A stretch of DNA of 64,000 bases from Gemmatimonadota bacterium (GTDB taxonomy: Bacteria > Gemmatimonadota > Gemmatimonadetes > Gemmatimonadales > GWC2-71-9): the NCBI GenBank assembly GCA_039588295.1, contig JBDHAB010000019.1, positions 32,001 through 96,000 on the forward strand, written 5' to 3'. This document shows, in pieces, positions 9,371 through 18,406 of this stretch (positions within the stretch are counted from its first letter, which is position 1; every line of letters starts with the position of its first letter). The position numbers and the translations under genes were made by a program. The notes under the pieces were generated by a model, which searched no databases, was not told the DNA's origin, and saw only the letters and a program-made list of their open reading frames with translations.

Positions 9371-9595
9371 GCTTCGCCGGTCCGCGGACCGGCACACAAC
9401 CGTTCAGAATTCGCCGGTAATCCGACGCCGCTCCCGCGAGAATCTCGCAGCTACCGACCCACGTACTACCCCCTGTTGTGATAGTCGTCACGGTACCGGC
9501 TCCGATCGCGCCGTAGCGTGAACGGAATGCGTCGAGCCCGGCGCGGGCGGCGGACAACAGGTCGGCCGCTTCCGACACCACGGGAGGAACGACTG

Positions 9596-10246
9596 ATGCA
9601 CATCGCACTGCGCACCAAGCGGGTGGTGGTGGCCACGGCGACGTTGACCCTGCTCGCCGCGCCCGCCTTGCACGCCCAGGGGGTCTCAATCGCGCCGTCC
9701 ATCGGCATCTACGCGCCGACGACCGACTTGGTGAACAGCTTGATCAGCGGCGGTAGCACCATTGCCTTCAAGCAGAAGGTCGGACTCGCGCTCGGTGGTC
9801 GTGTTGGCCTCTGGTTCAGTCCCCGGATCGGCGTCACGGCGACGGGTTCGTATGTCCCGAGCAAGCTGCAGGCGACGATTACCGAGACCGGGATCTCGCA
9901 AGACGCGGCGAGCAACACCACCCTTTGGTTCGGCACCGGGCGGCTCAACGTCTGGCTGCTGCCGCCGTCGAGCATTCTGTCGATTGGCGTGAACGGCGGC
10001 GTCGGCGTTGTGGGCCGCGGCGCGACGACTGTGACCGATGACAACGGCACGACCTATACCGACCAGTCGAGAAACGACATCGGCGGCGTCGTAGGCGGCA
10101 CCGTCGGCCTCAATCTCGGCGTCATCGGTGTGTTCGTGTCGGTGGACGACTACATCTACAATCCAAGCGTGTTCGAACAGCTCGGTGTGAAGTCCCGGAC
10201 CCAGAACGACCTTCAGTTCTCGTTCGGGTTCGGCGGGAAGTTCTGA
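9596..10246 (+). CDS. Outer-membrane beta-barrel protein
   Basis: GGAGG RBS, signal peptide (ALHA-Q), alternating beta-strand pattern, C-terminal FSFGFGGKF. Confidence 0.75.
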   Translation: MHIALRTKRVVVATATLTLLAAPALHAQGVSIAPSIGIYAPTTDLVNSLISGGSTIAFKQKVGLALGGRVGLWFSPRIGVTATGSYVPSKLQATITETGISQDAASNTTLWFGTGRLNVWLLPPSSILSIGVNGGVGVVGRGATTVTDDNGTTYTDQSRNDIGGVVGGTVGLNLGVIGVFVSVDDYIYNPSVFEQLGVKSRTQNDLQFSFGFGGKF

Positions 10247-10251
10247 GCGAG

Positions 10252-10324
10252 CGTTTGACGGCAGCCCGTGCTGCCGCGACCGTCAAACGAACCAAACGCC
10301 CGGCCCGTAGGCCGGGCGTTTGGT
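10252..10324. terminator. Tandem hairpins between convergent genes (likely bidirectional terminator)
   Basis: 10-bp IR 10252-10261/10280-10289 and 15-bp perfect IR 10291-10305/10310-10324. Confidence 0.75.
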
Positions 10325-10331
10325 GTCTCGT

Positions 10332-11498
10332 TCAGCTCGTCCCTCCAGCTGCCTCACGCAACAGGTTTCGCGCGATCACCAATCGCTGGACCTGATTCGT
10401 CCCTTCGTAGATCTGGGTGATCTTCGCGTCCCGCATGAACTTCTCGATGGGGTAGTCCTTGCAGTATCCGTAGCCGCCGAACAGCTGGACGCAGTCCGTC
10501 GTCACCCGCATGGCCACGTCGGTTGCCATGAGCTTGCACATGGCGGAGATCTTGGTGATCTGCTTGTGCCCCGAGTCGATGGTTCTGGCGGCGGCATGCA
10601 CGAGCTGGCGAGCTGCCTCGACCTGGGTCGCCATATCCGCCAACATCCACTGGATGCCCTGGAAGGAACTGACCGGCTGGCCGAACTGCTGCCGCTCGTG
10701 CGTGTACTGCATCGCCAAATCGAGCGCGCCTTGCGCGAGTCCCACCGCCTGCGCCGCCACACCGGGACGGGCCCGGTCCAGGGTGATCATGGCGTGCTTG
10801 AAGCCGAGGCCCTCCCGCTCCCCCAGCAGGTGGTCGGCCGGGACGCGGCAATCCTCCAGATGGATCTCGACGACCGGTACGCAACGGATGCCCATCTTGT
10901 CCTCGTGCTTGCCCACGCGATAGCCGGGGGTCCCCTCCTCGACGACGAACGCCGAGATGCCGCGCGCACCCCGATCGGGATTGGTGACCGCAAAGATGGT
11001 GTTGAACGCCGCAACCGCGCCGCCGGTGTTCCACTTCTTCTCACCGTTCAACACGTACGTGTCGCCGTCCCGCGCCGCGCGAGTGGTCATCGAGCCGGCG
11101 TCCGATCCGGCCATCTTCTCCGACAGGCCGAACGCGATCAGCTTCTCCCCCGCCGCGATCGGAGGTAGCCAGCGCTCCTTTTGCTCATCGGTCCCACCCA
11201 CGAGAATCGGGAACGAGCCCAACGCGTTGACGGCGAAGCCGACACCCATACCGCCGCAGGCCCGGGAGAATTCCTCTACCACAATGCACAGGTCGAGCAC
11301 ACCGCCACCGAGGCCACCGTACTCGGGCGGAATCCAGACACCGGACAGTTCGGCCTCCTTGATCGCCTTCTGGACTTCCCAGGGATAGGTCTGCTCGACA
11401 TCGTACTTGGCGGCCACGGGGCGCATGACCGTTTCGGCAAGCTCCCGAGCGCGTTCTCGAAGTTCGATTTGCTGGGCGGTGTAGAGCTCTTTGATCAT
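10332..11498 (-). CDS. Acyl-CoA dehydrogenase
   Basis: AFGLSE..AGSD, LNGEKKW.T, KMGIR, R.QFG.P..SFQ, FGGYGY, TQIYEGTNQVQR motifs. Confidence 0.95.
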   Translation of the reverse strand: MIKELYTAQQIELRERARELAETVMRPVAAKYDVEQTYPWEVQKAIKEAELSGVWIPPEYGGLGGGVLDLCIVVEEFSRACGGMGVGFAVNALGSFPILVGGTDEQKERWLPPIAAGEKLIAFGLSEKMAGSDAGSMTTRAARDGDTYVLNGEKKWNTGGAVAAFNTIFAVTNPDRGARGISAFVVEEGTPGYRVGKHEDKMGIRCVPVVEIHLEDCRVPADHLLGEREGLGFKHAMITLDRARPGVAAQAVGLAQGALDLAMQYTHERQQFGQPVSSFQGIQWMLADMATQVEAARQLVHAAARTIDSGHKQITKISAMCKLMATDVAMRVTTDCVQLFGGYGYCKDYPIEKFMRDAKITQIYEGTNQVQRLVIARNLLREAAGGTS

Positions 11499-11645
11499 CG
11501 TAACACTCGTCTTCGGGTTCGCAGTCTTGGTGGACCAGGGGTCGCCCTGGGATCGTACAATAGTACGGGGTGTGACGCTTCGTCGCCTGTCACCCGGGCC
11601 GGGAGAATGCGGGTCCCGCCTCCGACCGCAGGCCTCGACGCTGTG

Positions 11646-11837
11646 CTAGCCGATCTTGCCGTCGCGGTTGAGGTCCTCGCCAATCGCCTGTTCGAGTCGC
11701 AGCAACAGCGCCTGCAGCAACTCCTGCGTGTGACGGTGCTCGACTTCGAGTCGCGCAACGCGGTCGTCCAGTGACGCCGATCGATCTTGCTGTTTGCTGA
11801 TCTGATTCTGTTGGATCAAGTCCCAGAACAGGCCCAT
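11646..11837 (-). CDS. Small coiled-coil protein (63 aa) ending in a DxNxDG loop
   Basis: GGAGG RBS; MGLFWDLIQQ...LDDRVARLE...EDLNRDGKIG. Confidence 0.7.
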   Translation of the reverse strand: MGLFWDLIQQNQISKQQDRSASLDDRVARLEVEHRHTQELLQALLLRLEQAIGEDLNRDGKIG

Positions 11838-12018
11838 GAGTTGACCTCCGGCCAAAGCGTGCAGTTCCTGTCGCAAAATATAGTCGGGGACTGACCGATG
11901 TCCGGCCGGGCAACGCCGCACACGTATGCCGAAGGCGTGTTGTGAGTCCGCAACGCAGAAATGGAGAAGTGTTGAGACGTCGCGCTAGCGGGTCGGCTAC
12001 ACTTTCAAGCAGCCGCGA

Positions 12019-12156
12019 GCGCACACATAGCCGCCGCCGAGCGCGGAGGACGTGCCCGGGGAGTATTTAGTGGTCAGGAGGGCGAAGACGATCATGGCGG
12101 ACAACCAGCCAAGCAAGGGTGAGAAGGGGTCGGTCCTCGTCTTCGCCCTCCTCGGC
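12019..12156 (-). ncRNA. Candidate sigma-54-driven structured RNA or leader, copy 2
   Basis: 16-bp perfect stem 12076-12091/12137-12152; homologous to 7915-8075 with compensatory stem changes. Confidence 0.6.
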
Positions 12157-12166
12157 CAACAGAATA

Positions 12167-12182
12167 TGCAAGAAGCCAGCCA
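12167..12182 (-). promoter_or_regulatory. Sigma-54 (-24/-12) promoter TGGCTGGCTTCTTGCA
   Basis: GG-N10-GC, TGGC...TTGCA; predicted +1 near 12156. Confidence 0.65.
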
Positions 12183-12209
12183 CCCTCCGGCGCGAGGAGG
12201 TCTGCCGGC

Positions 12210-12410
12210 TCATTCGTCGGTGGGAAGCCCGCTCGGGCCCGATGTGCCGGTGGCTCGGCTCGCCAGTTCGAGCACCATGTGCCAGGGAAGCGTCAGGACT
12301 TCGGGATGGTACTCCGTGACTTGTACCTCCAGACCTGCACGGCCATAGCGCACGCAGAATCCTTCGCGGGGAAACTCGATGGTACCTGATCTCGGAGTGC
12401 GGCGGTTCAT
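12210..12410 (-). CDS. Small hypothetical protein (66 aa)
   Basis: GGAGG RBS 6 nt before ATG; sigma-54-like box upstream; globular-looking sequence. Confidence 0.55.
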   Translation of the reverse strand: MNRRTPRSGTIEFPREGFCVRYGRAGLEVQVTEYHPEVLTLPWHMVLELASRATGTSGPSGLPTDE

Positions 12411-12436
12411 GCAATGCCTCCACCGTGTGTCGTATC

Positions 12437-12452
12437 TGCAAGGTAGCCGCCG
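12437..12452 (-). promoter_or_regulatory. Sigma-54-like promoter CGGCGGCTACCTTGCA
   Basis: GG-N10-GC with CTTGCA; predicted +1 near 12426, just upstream of the RBS of 12210-12410. Confidence 0.5.
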
Positions 12453-12589
12453 AAGTACGTCGCCGCCGTCTTAGGGTCCGAGGTCACCGATCCGCCACAC
12501 CGATGCTATCTCGCTGTGCCCCATGTATGTTTCAACGTTAGGGTATAGGGGTGGACCGGCGGGGCCAACCACCAAGAAGGAGCGAGATT

Positions 12590-13252
12590 ATGAAGCGTGC
12601 CGTAGCGATCGTTGCGCTCTCGGCCATGACCGTGGGCTTTGTTGGTTGCGCGTCCAAAGCGCAGACCGGGACACTCATTGGCGCGGGTGGTGGGGCGGTC
12701 GTCGGCGGGGTGATCGGCAAGGCCGCTGGCAACACGGCTGCCGGGGTAATCATCGGCGCGGCCGTCGGCGGGGCCGCCGGAGCGATCATCGGCGGGTACA
12801 TGGACCGTCAGGCAGCGGAGATGGAGCGAGATCTCGAGGGTGCCCGGATCGAGCGCATCGGCGAGGGCATCAAGGTCACGTTTGCAAGCGGTATTCTGTT
12901 TGACGTCGACAGGGCCGACCTCCGGCCCGAGGCGCAGGCGGATCTCGTCAAGCTCTCCCGCATCGTTAACAAGTACGAGGACACCAACATTCTGGTTGAG
13001 GGTCACACTGACGCGACTGGACCGGAGGACTACAACGACCAGCTGTCGGTGCGCCGCGGTGAATCGGTGGCCAATTACGTGGTGGCGCAGAACGTCGCCA
13101 GCCAGCGGCTGAGTGTCGTGGGCTACGGTGAGCGCCAACCGATTGCGACGAACGACTCACCTGATGGCCGGCAACAGAATCGTCGGGTTGAGATAGCCAT
13201 CTGGGCGAACGACAAGCTGAAGGAAACGGCCAGCAGGCAAGCGCAGCAGTAA
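12590..13252 (+). CDS. OmpA-family lipoprotein with glycine zipper (YiaD-like)
   Basis: Lipobox FVGC; glycine zipper; OmpA domain (EGHTD...N..LS.RR...GYGE...NRRVEI). Confidence 0.92.
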   Translation: MKRAVAIVALSAMTVGFVGCASKAQTGTLIGAGGGAVVGGVIGKAAGNTAAGVIIGAAVGGAAGAIIGGYMDRQAAEMERDLEGARIERIGEGIKVTFASGILFDVDRADLRPEAQADLVKLSRIVNKYEDTNILVEGHTDATGPEDYNDQLSVRRGESVANYVVAQNVASQRLSVVGYGERQPIATNDSPDGRQQNRRVEIAIWANDKLKETASRQAQQ

Positions 13253-13296
13253 CGACCACGGCCACGTCGGCTTCGCCGACAAACCGTCGACGTTAC

Positions 13297-13331
13297 ACAG
13301 CCCCGCAGCTCGAGATCAGCTGCGGGGCTGT
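13297..13331. terminator. Intrinsic terminator hairpin between convergent genes
   Basis: 14-bp perfect IR ACAGCCCCGCAGCT/AGCTGCGGGGCTGT. Confidence 0.75.
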
Positions 13332-13355
13332 TCGTATCCGACACGCCACTCTCCG

Positions 13356-13568
13356 TTACGTCGGGCGGCTTGCAGCGCAGGCGGTCGCCACGGCCGCGGT
13401 GGGGCAGATACACTGGCATTGATTCCACGCGGCATCAGTGCACTCCAACGTCCCGTCCTGATACACCGCTTCGGAGCGGCTGCAGGAGTACTCGCACTCG
13501 ACCCCGGAATCGAGGCATGTCGTGGTGATGATCACCAGGGCGATCAGCAGCGCTGTTCGGCGGAGCAT
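13356..13568 (-). CDS. Small Cys-rich putative lipoprotein
   Basis: MLRRTALLIALVIITTTC signal/lipobox-like; 8 Cys in 70 aa; ends next to the hairpin. Confidence 0.55.
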   Translation of the reverse strand: MLRRTALLIALVIITTTCLDSGVECEYSCSRSEAVYQDGTLECTDAAWNQCQCICPTAAVATACAASRPT

Positions 13569-13778
13569 CGTTGGACCCTCACTGGCAAGGCCGATCTCAC
13601 CTGCTGTACAGCTTGGGCACGGTCGATCCTCGAGTCAAGCGATTCACGGTGCTCCGGTTGTTAGTTCGCAAGGGTCAAGAGACGGTCGCGGAGGTGCCGA
13701 GCCGTTGCGCATCTTGGCAACCCCCCCATCCGGTGCGGTACATTTAGCTGGAGCCGAACCATGTGGTGGGAGGAACCG

Positions 13779-14192
13779 ATGGCCTACAAGATTCGCCGAG
13801 CCGAGTACTTCTATACCACGGTCCAGGATCAGCCAGGCGAGGGGTACGGCCTGCTATCCCAGCTCGCTGGCCTCGGAGTCAATCTGCTAGCCTTCACCGG
13901 CGTCCCCGTCGGTCCGATGCGGACACAGCTCACGCTGTTTCCGGAGGCCCCCTCGAAACTCGTTGCCGCCGCGGATAAGGCCGGCCTTTCGCTGGACGGG
14001 CCTCACCCCGCGCTGCTCGTGCAGGGCGACGACGAGCTCGGAGCATTGGCCCGTATCCACGAACAACTGGCGGACGCGGGCGTCAACGTCTACGCATCGA
14101 GCGGAGTGACCGATGGGCGTGGCAGCTTCGGCTACGTCCTGTACGTACGCCCCGACAAGTACAACCAGGCGGTCGCCGCAATGGACGTGTAG
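13779..14192 (+). CDS. Tandem ACT-domain protein
   Basis: GGAGG RBS; VQDQPGE...LA.LGVNL and DDELGALARIH..LADAGVNV repeats. Confidence 0.8.
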   Translation: MAYKIRRAEYFYTTVQDQPGEGYGLLSQLAGLGVNLLAFTGVPVGPMRTQLTLFPEAPSKLVAAADKAGLSLDGPHPALLVQGDDELGALARIHEQLADAGVNVYASSGVTDGRGSFGYVLYVRPDKYNQAVAAMDV

Positions 14193-14273
14193 CCGTGAGA
14201 CCCGAAGCGCCCGGCGAGAATGCGGAGCGCTTCGGTGTCGCTCGTTAGATCTTCTTCGAGGTGGAGCCGTGCC

Positions 14274-16451
14274 CTAACGGCGAGTGGCGTCTGCCTCTTC
14301 CTCCGTTTGGTACAGCTGCTGCGTTGTCAATTCCAGCACGATGCGATCGGCATCGTAGACATGGTCCATGGCGGCTTGGATCGCGCGGACGTCGACCATG
14401 ATATTCCGTCCCTGTTCCGGCAGATAGATGAAATCCCGGGACAGGCCCTGGATGTTGCGGTCGAAGTTGAGGCCGACGAGTTCCAACTCGGGCGTCACCG
14501 CCGGGGAGCCTGAGTTCCCGCCGTAGGTATCCGCGGTAGAGACGAAGTTGAGCGGCGTCGCGAGATCCAATCCCTGAGGGGGCATCTGCCAGCGCGTTGG
14601 CAGCTCCCAATCCCCACCCGACCCGTGACTCCGGGCACGGTCATAGAGGCCGTAGAACGTCGTGTACGCCGGTGCGAGCGTCCCGTTGTACTCGTATGGC
14701 TTGACGACGCCGTCGGTGATGCGAGGTGATCGGCTGGCATCTGGCGGCACGCTGGCACCGTACACGTCGAATCGGGCACGGCCCAGCTCGGCAGCAAGCT
14801 CCCGCTCCTGCGCCGAGAGCCTCCCCGCCTCGGCCTGGTACTTGCCAAACACGGGTTGCAGGGCGGCCGCGAGTCGTAGCGCCGGATCGGACATGCCGAG
14901 CGCATCGCTTTCGACGGCGTGGGCGGTACCTTCGGCACTGCCGAGTACCGAGTTCGCGATGAGTACTTGGGCGGCGTCCCACGGTGATCGGCCGTTGAGC
15001 GCGGTGACCGTGACGGGATGGTCGGCGCCGAGGTGACGCTCGAGGTCCATGAATCGCTCGGCGAGCAGGCGGTGCTCCAGCTCCGCCGGGTGATCGCTGA
15101 TGCCGAGGAGCGTCCTCCGGAGTCCGGAGACGGTCGTGGCGCCCGACTCCCGGGCCGCGAGGTACGCCAGCGCCTCCATGCCACGCCGCAACGTTGCGGA
15201 CGAGAACGTCGACTGCAACGCGAAGAACGCGGCGTACTGTGCACCAAGCGACCGCTTCTGTCTCTGGATCTCGGTGATGCGATCGAACACGTCACCGTAG
15301 CGGCCGCGTAGCTCCGCGCGCGATTGGATCCCCTCTCGCAAGAGCCGCTCCGCATCTCGGCGTTTGGCCACGATGACCGGGGTGTTCAACGCCTGCAGCC
15401 TCCCGGTCGATGCCTTGAGTGAGTTGGACAGTCCGAACATCCGGTTGCGGAACCCGAGCGCCTCCGCGCGTTCCGGATGGGCCGCACGAAAGTCGCCGAG
15501 TGCATCGAGGCGGCTGCTCAGGAAGTGCACGGCCGCGGGAACCTGCACGTCGCGCTGATACTCGAGTTGCGCGACGGTGGCAAGACGGTTGGTTGGTCCG
15601 GGATTGCCGATCACGAACACCACATCGTCCTCTTCGACCCCCTCCTCGCTCCAACCGAAATAGTGATCGGTCTGGAACGGTTCGCCGGCGCGGTCGTAGA
15701 CGCGGAGAAAGGCGAAGTCCAGGGCATACCGGGGGTACGTGAAATTGTCCGGATCGCCCCCGAAAAACCCCATTTGGAGCTCTGCGGCTGCTACCAGTCG
15801 GATGTCTGTGAAGCGGCGGAACACGTAGGCGGAATACCGTCCGCCGTTGTACAGGCCAATCACCTGCACGATCACCGAGTCGCCGAGATCGGCGTGACGC
15901 TGGCGCGCCCGGTCCGTGATCCGTTCGATGACCTGGCTCCGCGCCTGGTCGCGCTCGGCGTCGCTCGTCGCACGATCCAGCGCCGCAAAGACCTCGTTGG
16001 ACACGTCCTCGATGGCAATGAGTTGATCCGCCCGATACCCGGGAATGCGGCGCTCCTCCTCCAACGACGTTGCGTAGAACCCGTCATCCAGGAGGCCCTC
16101 GCCCTCGCGAGTCACACGAGCCACAACGCCGCGCACACAGTGGTGGTTGGTGGCCAGCAGTCCATGCGGTGAGACGAACGAGGCGGAACAGCCGGGAATT
16201 CTCAGCGCCGCGAGCCGCGCGCGCTCGAACCAGGCGTCGTTCGCGTCGAATCCGTAGGTCTCCGTGAAATACTCGGAGGGGGCATACTCGAACGTCCACA
16301 TCTTCCCGTTGTCGAACCGGCCGGCCCGAGCCGTGTCGAGCTCGAACTGGGCGAAGAGGGGGTTGGCAGACGCCGCCGCCGCCGCCAGCGAGACTGCCAG
16401 GCAGAGGGTGCGAGGCGAAACCGTGAAGTACCGATGCGTTGTGGGTCTCAT
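14274..16451 (-). CDS. S46 family dipeptidyl peptidase
   Basis: Signal peptide; GKMW, CSASFVS..GLLATNHHC, FFGGDPDNFTYPR, GGNSGSP, GLNFDRN. Confidence 0.93.
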   Translation of the reverse strand: MRPTTHRYFTVSPRTLCLAVSLAAAAASANPLFAQFELDTARAGRFDNGKMWTFEYAPSEYFTETYGFDANDAWFERARLAALRIPGCSASFVSPHGLLATNHHCVRGVVARVTREGEGLLDDGFYATSLEEERRIPGYRADQLIAIEDVSNEVFAALDRATSDAERDQARSQVIERITDRARQRHADLGDSVIVQVIGLYNGGRYSAYVFRRFTDIRLVAAAELQMGFFGGDPDNFTYPRYALDFAFLRVYDRAGEPFQTDHYFGWSEEGVEEDDVVFVIGNPGPTNRLATVAQLEYQRDVQVPAAVHFLSSRLDALGDFRAAHPERAEALGFRNRMFGLSNSLKASTGRLQALNTPVIVAKRRDAERLLREGIQSRAELRGRYGDVFDRITEIQRQKRSLGAQYAAFFALQSTFSSATLRRGMEALAYLAARESGATTVSGLRRTLLGISDHPAELEHRLLAERFMDLERHLGADHPVTVTALNGRSPWDAAQVLIANSVLGSAEGTAHAVESDALGMSDPALRLAAALQPVFGKYQAEAGRLSAQERELAAELGRARFDVYGASVPPDASRSPRITDGVVKPYEYNGTLAPAYTTFYGLYDRARSHGSGGDWELPTRWQMPPQGLDLATPLNFVSTADTYGGNSGSPAVTPELELVGLNFDRNIQGLSRDFIYLPEQGRNIMVDVRAIQAAMDHVYDADRIVLELTTQQLYQTEEEADATRR

Positions 16452-16853
16452 GCGTCTTCTCCGAGCGCAGGCCGGGACGTTGGCAGTGAAATCGGTGTGA
16501 AAGATACTCAGGCAGCCACGGAGGTGACGGGCTCCTGCCGAGCGTCGCGGCCAGCCGATCGAGCTATCGCAACACGGATCGCCGTGGCATCTTAAGTACT
16601 GCAACGTACGCTCTTCGAGCTGAGCCGTAGCCGACAACCTCTCGATCGTGACCACCGTGCTGATCGACGAATCTGAACAACACCGTCCACCGCGCGTACG
16701 GGGATTTGCCCAACAGTGCGTACATCATCGCGCGGGTTTGCACCATTGTACCCAAGGACCTTTGCGCGGACTCAACCGACTGGCGTTGAATCCTATGAAC
16801 GGCTCTCGAAGGGCGGCCATGGCGGTGAGCTGGCTGCGGAAGGCTCGATAAGC

Positions 16854-17297
16854 GTGTCGTCGCATCAACCCAGGCTCTCCGCCCGCGCCCGGGCACAGCT
16901 CGGTGTGCTCCAGGAAGCGCGACATAAGCTGGATCGCATGCGGGCGCTCGTGGAGCAGGCCAAGGCAAGAAAGTCCGGCGTCTTTCGACACGGCGGCGGG
17001 TCGTCGAGCTCCGCCGATCGGGTCGCCCAGACCCTGCTTGCGCAGGTTGGCCGCACGGCGCTCGACGTCGGCAAGCTCTTGGAGGAGCGCGGGTACAAGG
17101 GTCTCTCCGAGCAGCTGATTGAGTTCCAGCAGCTGGCGCGGCGCAAGGGGAACGTGCCGCTCTCCACCTACCACCGCATGCGTGAGATTGTGAACGCGGT
17201 CCACGGCAGCATCGATGTGGCGGAGCGAGAGATCAACCAGGAACGCTGGTCCCAGGTCGACGTCGAGCGCCCGCCGGAAGGAAGCAGTGAGGGCTAG
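16854..17297 (+). CDS. Hypothetical helical protein
   Basis: Helical amphipathic sequence with GC3-rich codons; start uncertain (GTG 16854; ORF open from 16716). Confidence 0.55.
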   Translation: MSSHQPRLSARARAQLGVLQEARHKLDRMRALVEQAKARKSGVFRHGGGSSSSADRVAQTLLAQVGRTALDVGKLLEERGYKGLSEQLIEFQQLARRKGNVPLSTYHRMREIVNAVHGSIDVAEREINQERWSQVDVERPPEGSSEG

Positions 17298-17968
17298 GGC
17301 TCCCCGCCTTGATCGGTGAGAACCGAGTTGGCTACAAACCCCACCCGCTCACCGTCCACGAACACCGACCACCACCCAAGCCGCAGCATCGCCACCTCGA
17401 CCCGCTCCCCGGGCTGGAGGACCCGTATTACAGCAGACGGCACGCGCGGTGCCCCACGGAGGTTCGCCCAGGTTGTGGCCCAGCGTGTCTGCGTGGGTGG
17501 CAGTTGGGGCGTTTGGGCGGCCGGCAGTTGGGCAGGGCGCAGTTCCGCCTCCATCAGTGGTGCGGACGGGAGTGACTCGACGGTCGGTTGCGGCAGCGGA
17601 CGTACGACGGATTCGGGAGTTGCGCTGGGCGGCGGTGAGGGCTCGCCCAACGAGGGCGCCGGAGGCGTCGTGGTGCCTCGCTGCGCGGTGAGCGCCCAGA
17701 GGCCCCACGCCGCGAGCACGAGCGCGCCGATTCCGGCGGCAGACCATATGGCGAGGCGCAGGCGTCGGCGGAACTGCCGCGGGTACCCGCAGAACTTGCA
17801 CTCCGCCGTCGATCGGGCCACGAGCTTCCCGCAACGGCGGCACTCGACAACCTGCCCGTCCTCGCTCTCTGACATCGGATTCTGCAGGAGGAGGTGCGAG
17901 CACTTGGGGCAGACGGAGGCCACGCTCAGCACCGTCTGCCCGCACTTCGGACACTTGATCAATGCCAT
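17294..17968 (-). CDS. Double zinc-ribbon / TM / Pro-rich linker / SH3-like protein
   Basis: Four CxxC motifs (CPKC, CPKC, CRRC, CKFC), one TM helix, C-terminal ANLR..P...VI..L.PGE.V....GWW.V....GFV SH3 pattern. Confidence 0.75.
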   Translation of the reverse strand: MALIKCPKCGQTVLSVASVCPKCSHLLLQNPMSESEDGQVVECRRCGKLVARSTAECKFCGYPRQFRRRLRLAIWSAAGIGALVLAAWGLWALTAQRGTTTPPAPSLGEPSPPPSATPESVVRPLPQPTVESLPSAPLMEAELRPAQLPAAQTPQLPPTQTRWATTWANLRGAPRVPSAVIRVLQPGERVEVAMLRLGWWSVFVDGERVGFVANSVLTDQGGEP

Positions 17969-18007
17969 GGGGGGCGTCTTGCGGTCTGCAGGCCCGAGGT
18001 CCGGTGC

Positions 18008-18244
18008 CTACACCTCGCGGCGCCAGTCGCGGCGGAAGACCTGCACGTGGCCACAGTGGTCACAAGCCTCGACGTGCCAGAGCACATCCGGCTCAGCGCT
18101 TGTGACGCCCAGTTTCGCCAGTCCGCCGGAACCCGAGTAGGCATCGGTCTCCAGGCGGGTTGCATAGACGCCTTGCAGACATACCCCGCAGGGTCGTTCC
18201 GGCAGGGATCGCCGCTCACGAGCTGGTGTCTGGGTTGCCGTCAT
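18008..18244 (-). CDS. Small zinc-ribbon protein
   Basis: CGVC...CDHCG; GGAGA RBS; co-oriented with 17294-17968. Confidence 0.6.
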   Translation of the reverse strand: MTATQTPARERRSLPERPCGVCLQGVYATRLETDAYSGSGGLAKLGVTSAEPDVLWHVEACDHCGHVQVFRRDWRREV

Positions 18245-18406
18245 GGGTGTGCTTCTCCGTCTGGACGGGTGGAGGTTGCTACCGGAACCTTAACCCGTCG
18301 CGGGGTCCTGGGCAAAGTAATCTCGGGACCCCTTCATGCGACCTTCATGGAGGCTTCATGGCAGGTGATGAAGCTCGATGGGGTCCTACCCGCCGGAGGG
18401 AGCGGC

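Noticed and set aside
12052..12441. ORFs 12067-12441(-) and 12052-12348(+) overlapping RNA copy 2
   Set aside because: No RBS or motifs, and no equivalent reading frame noticed in copy 1; the conservation pattern fits RNA structure rather than codons.
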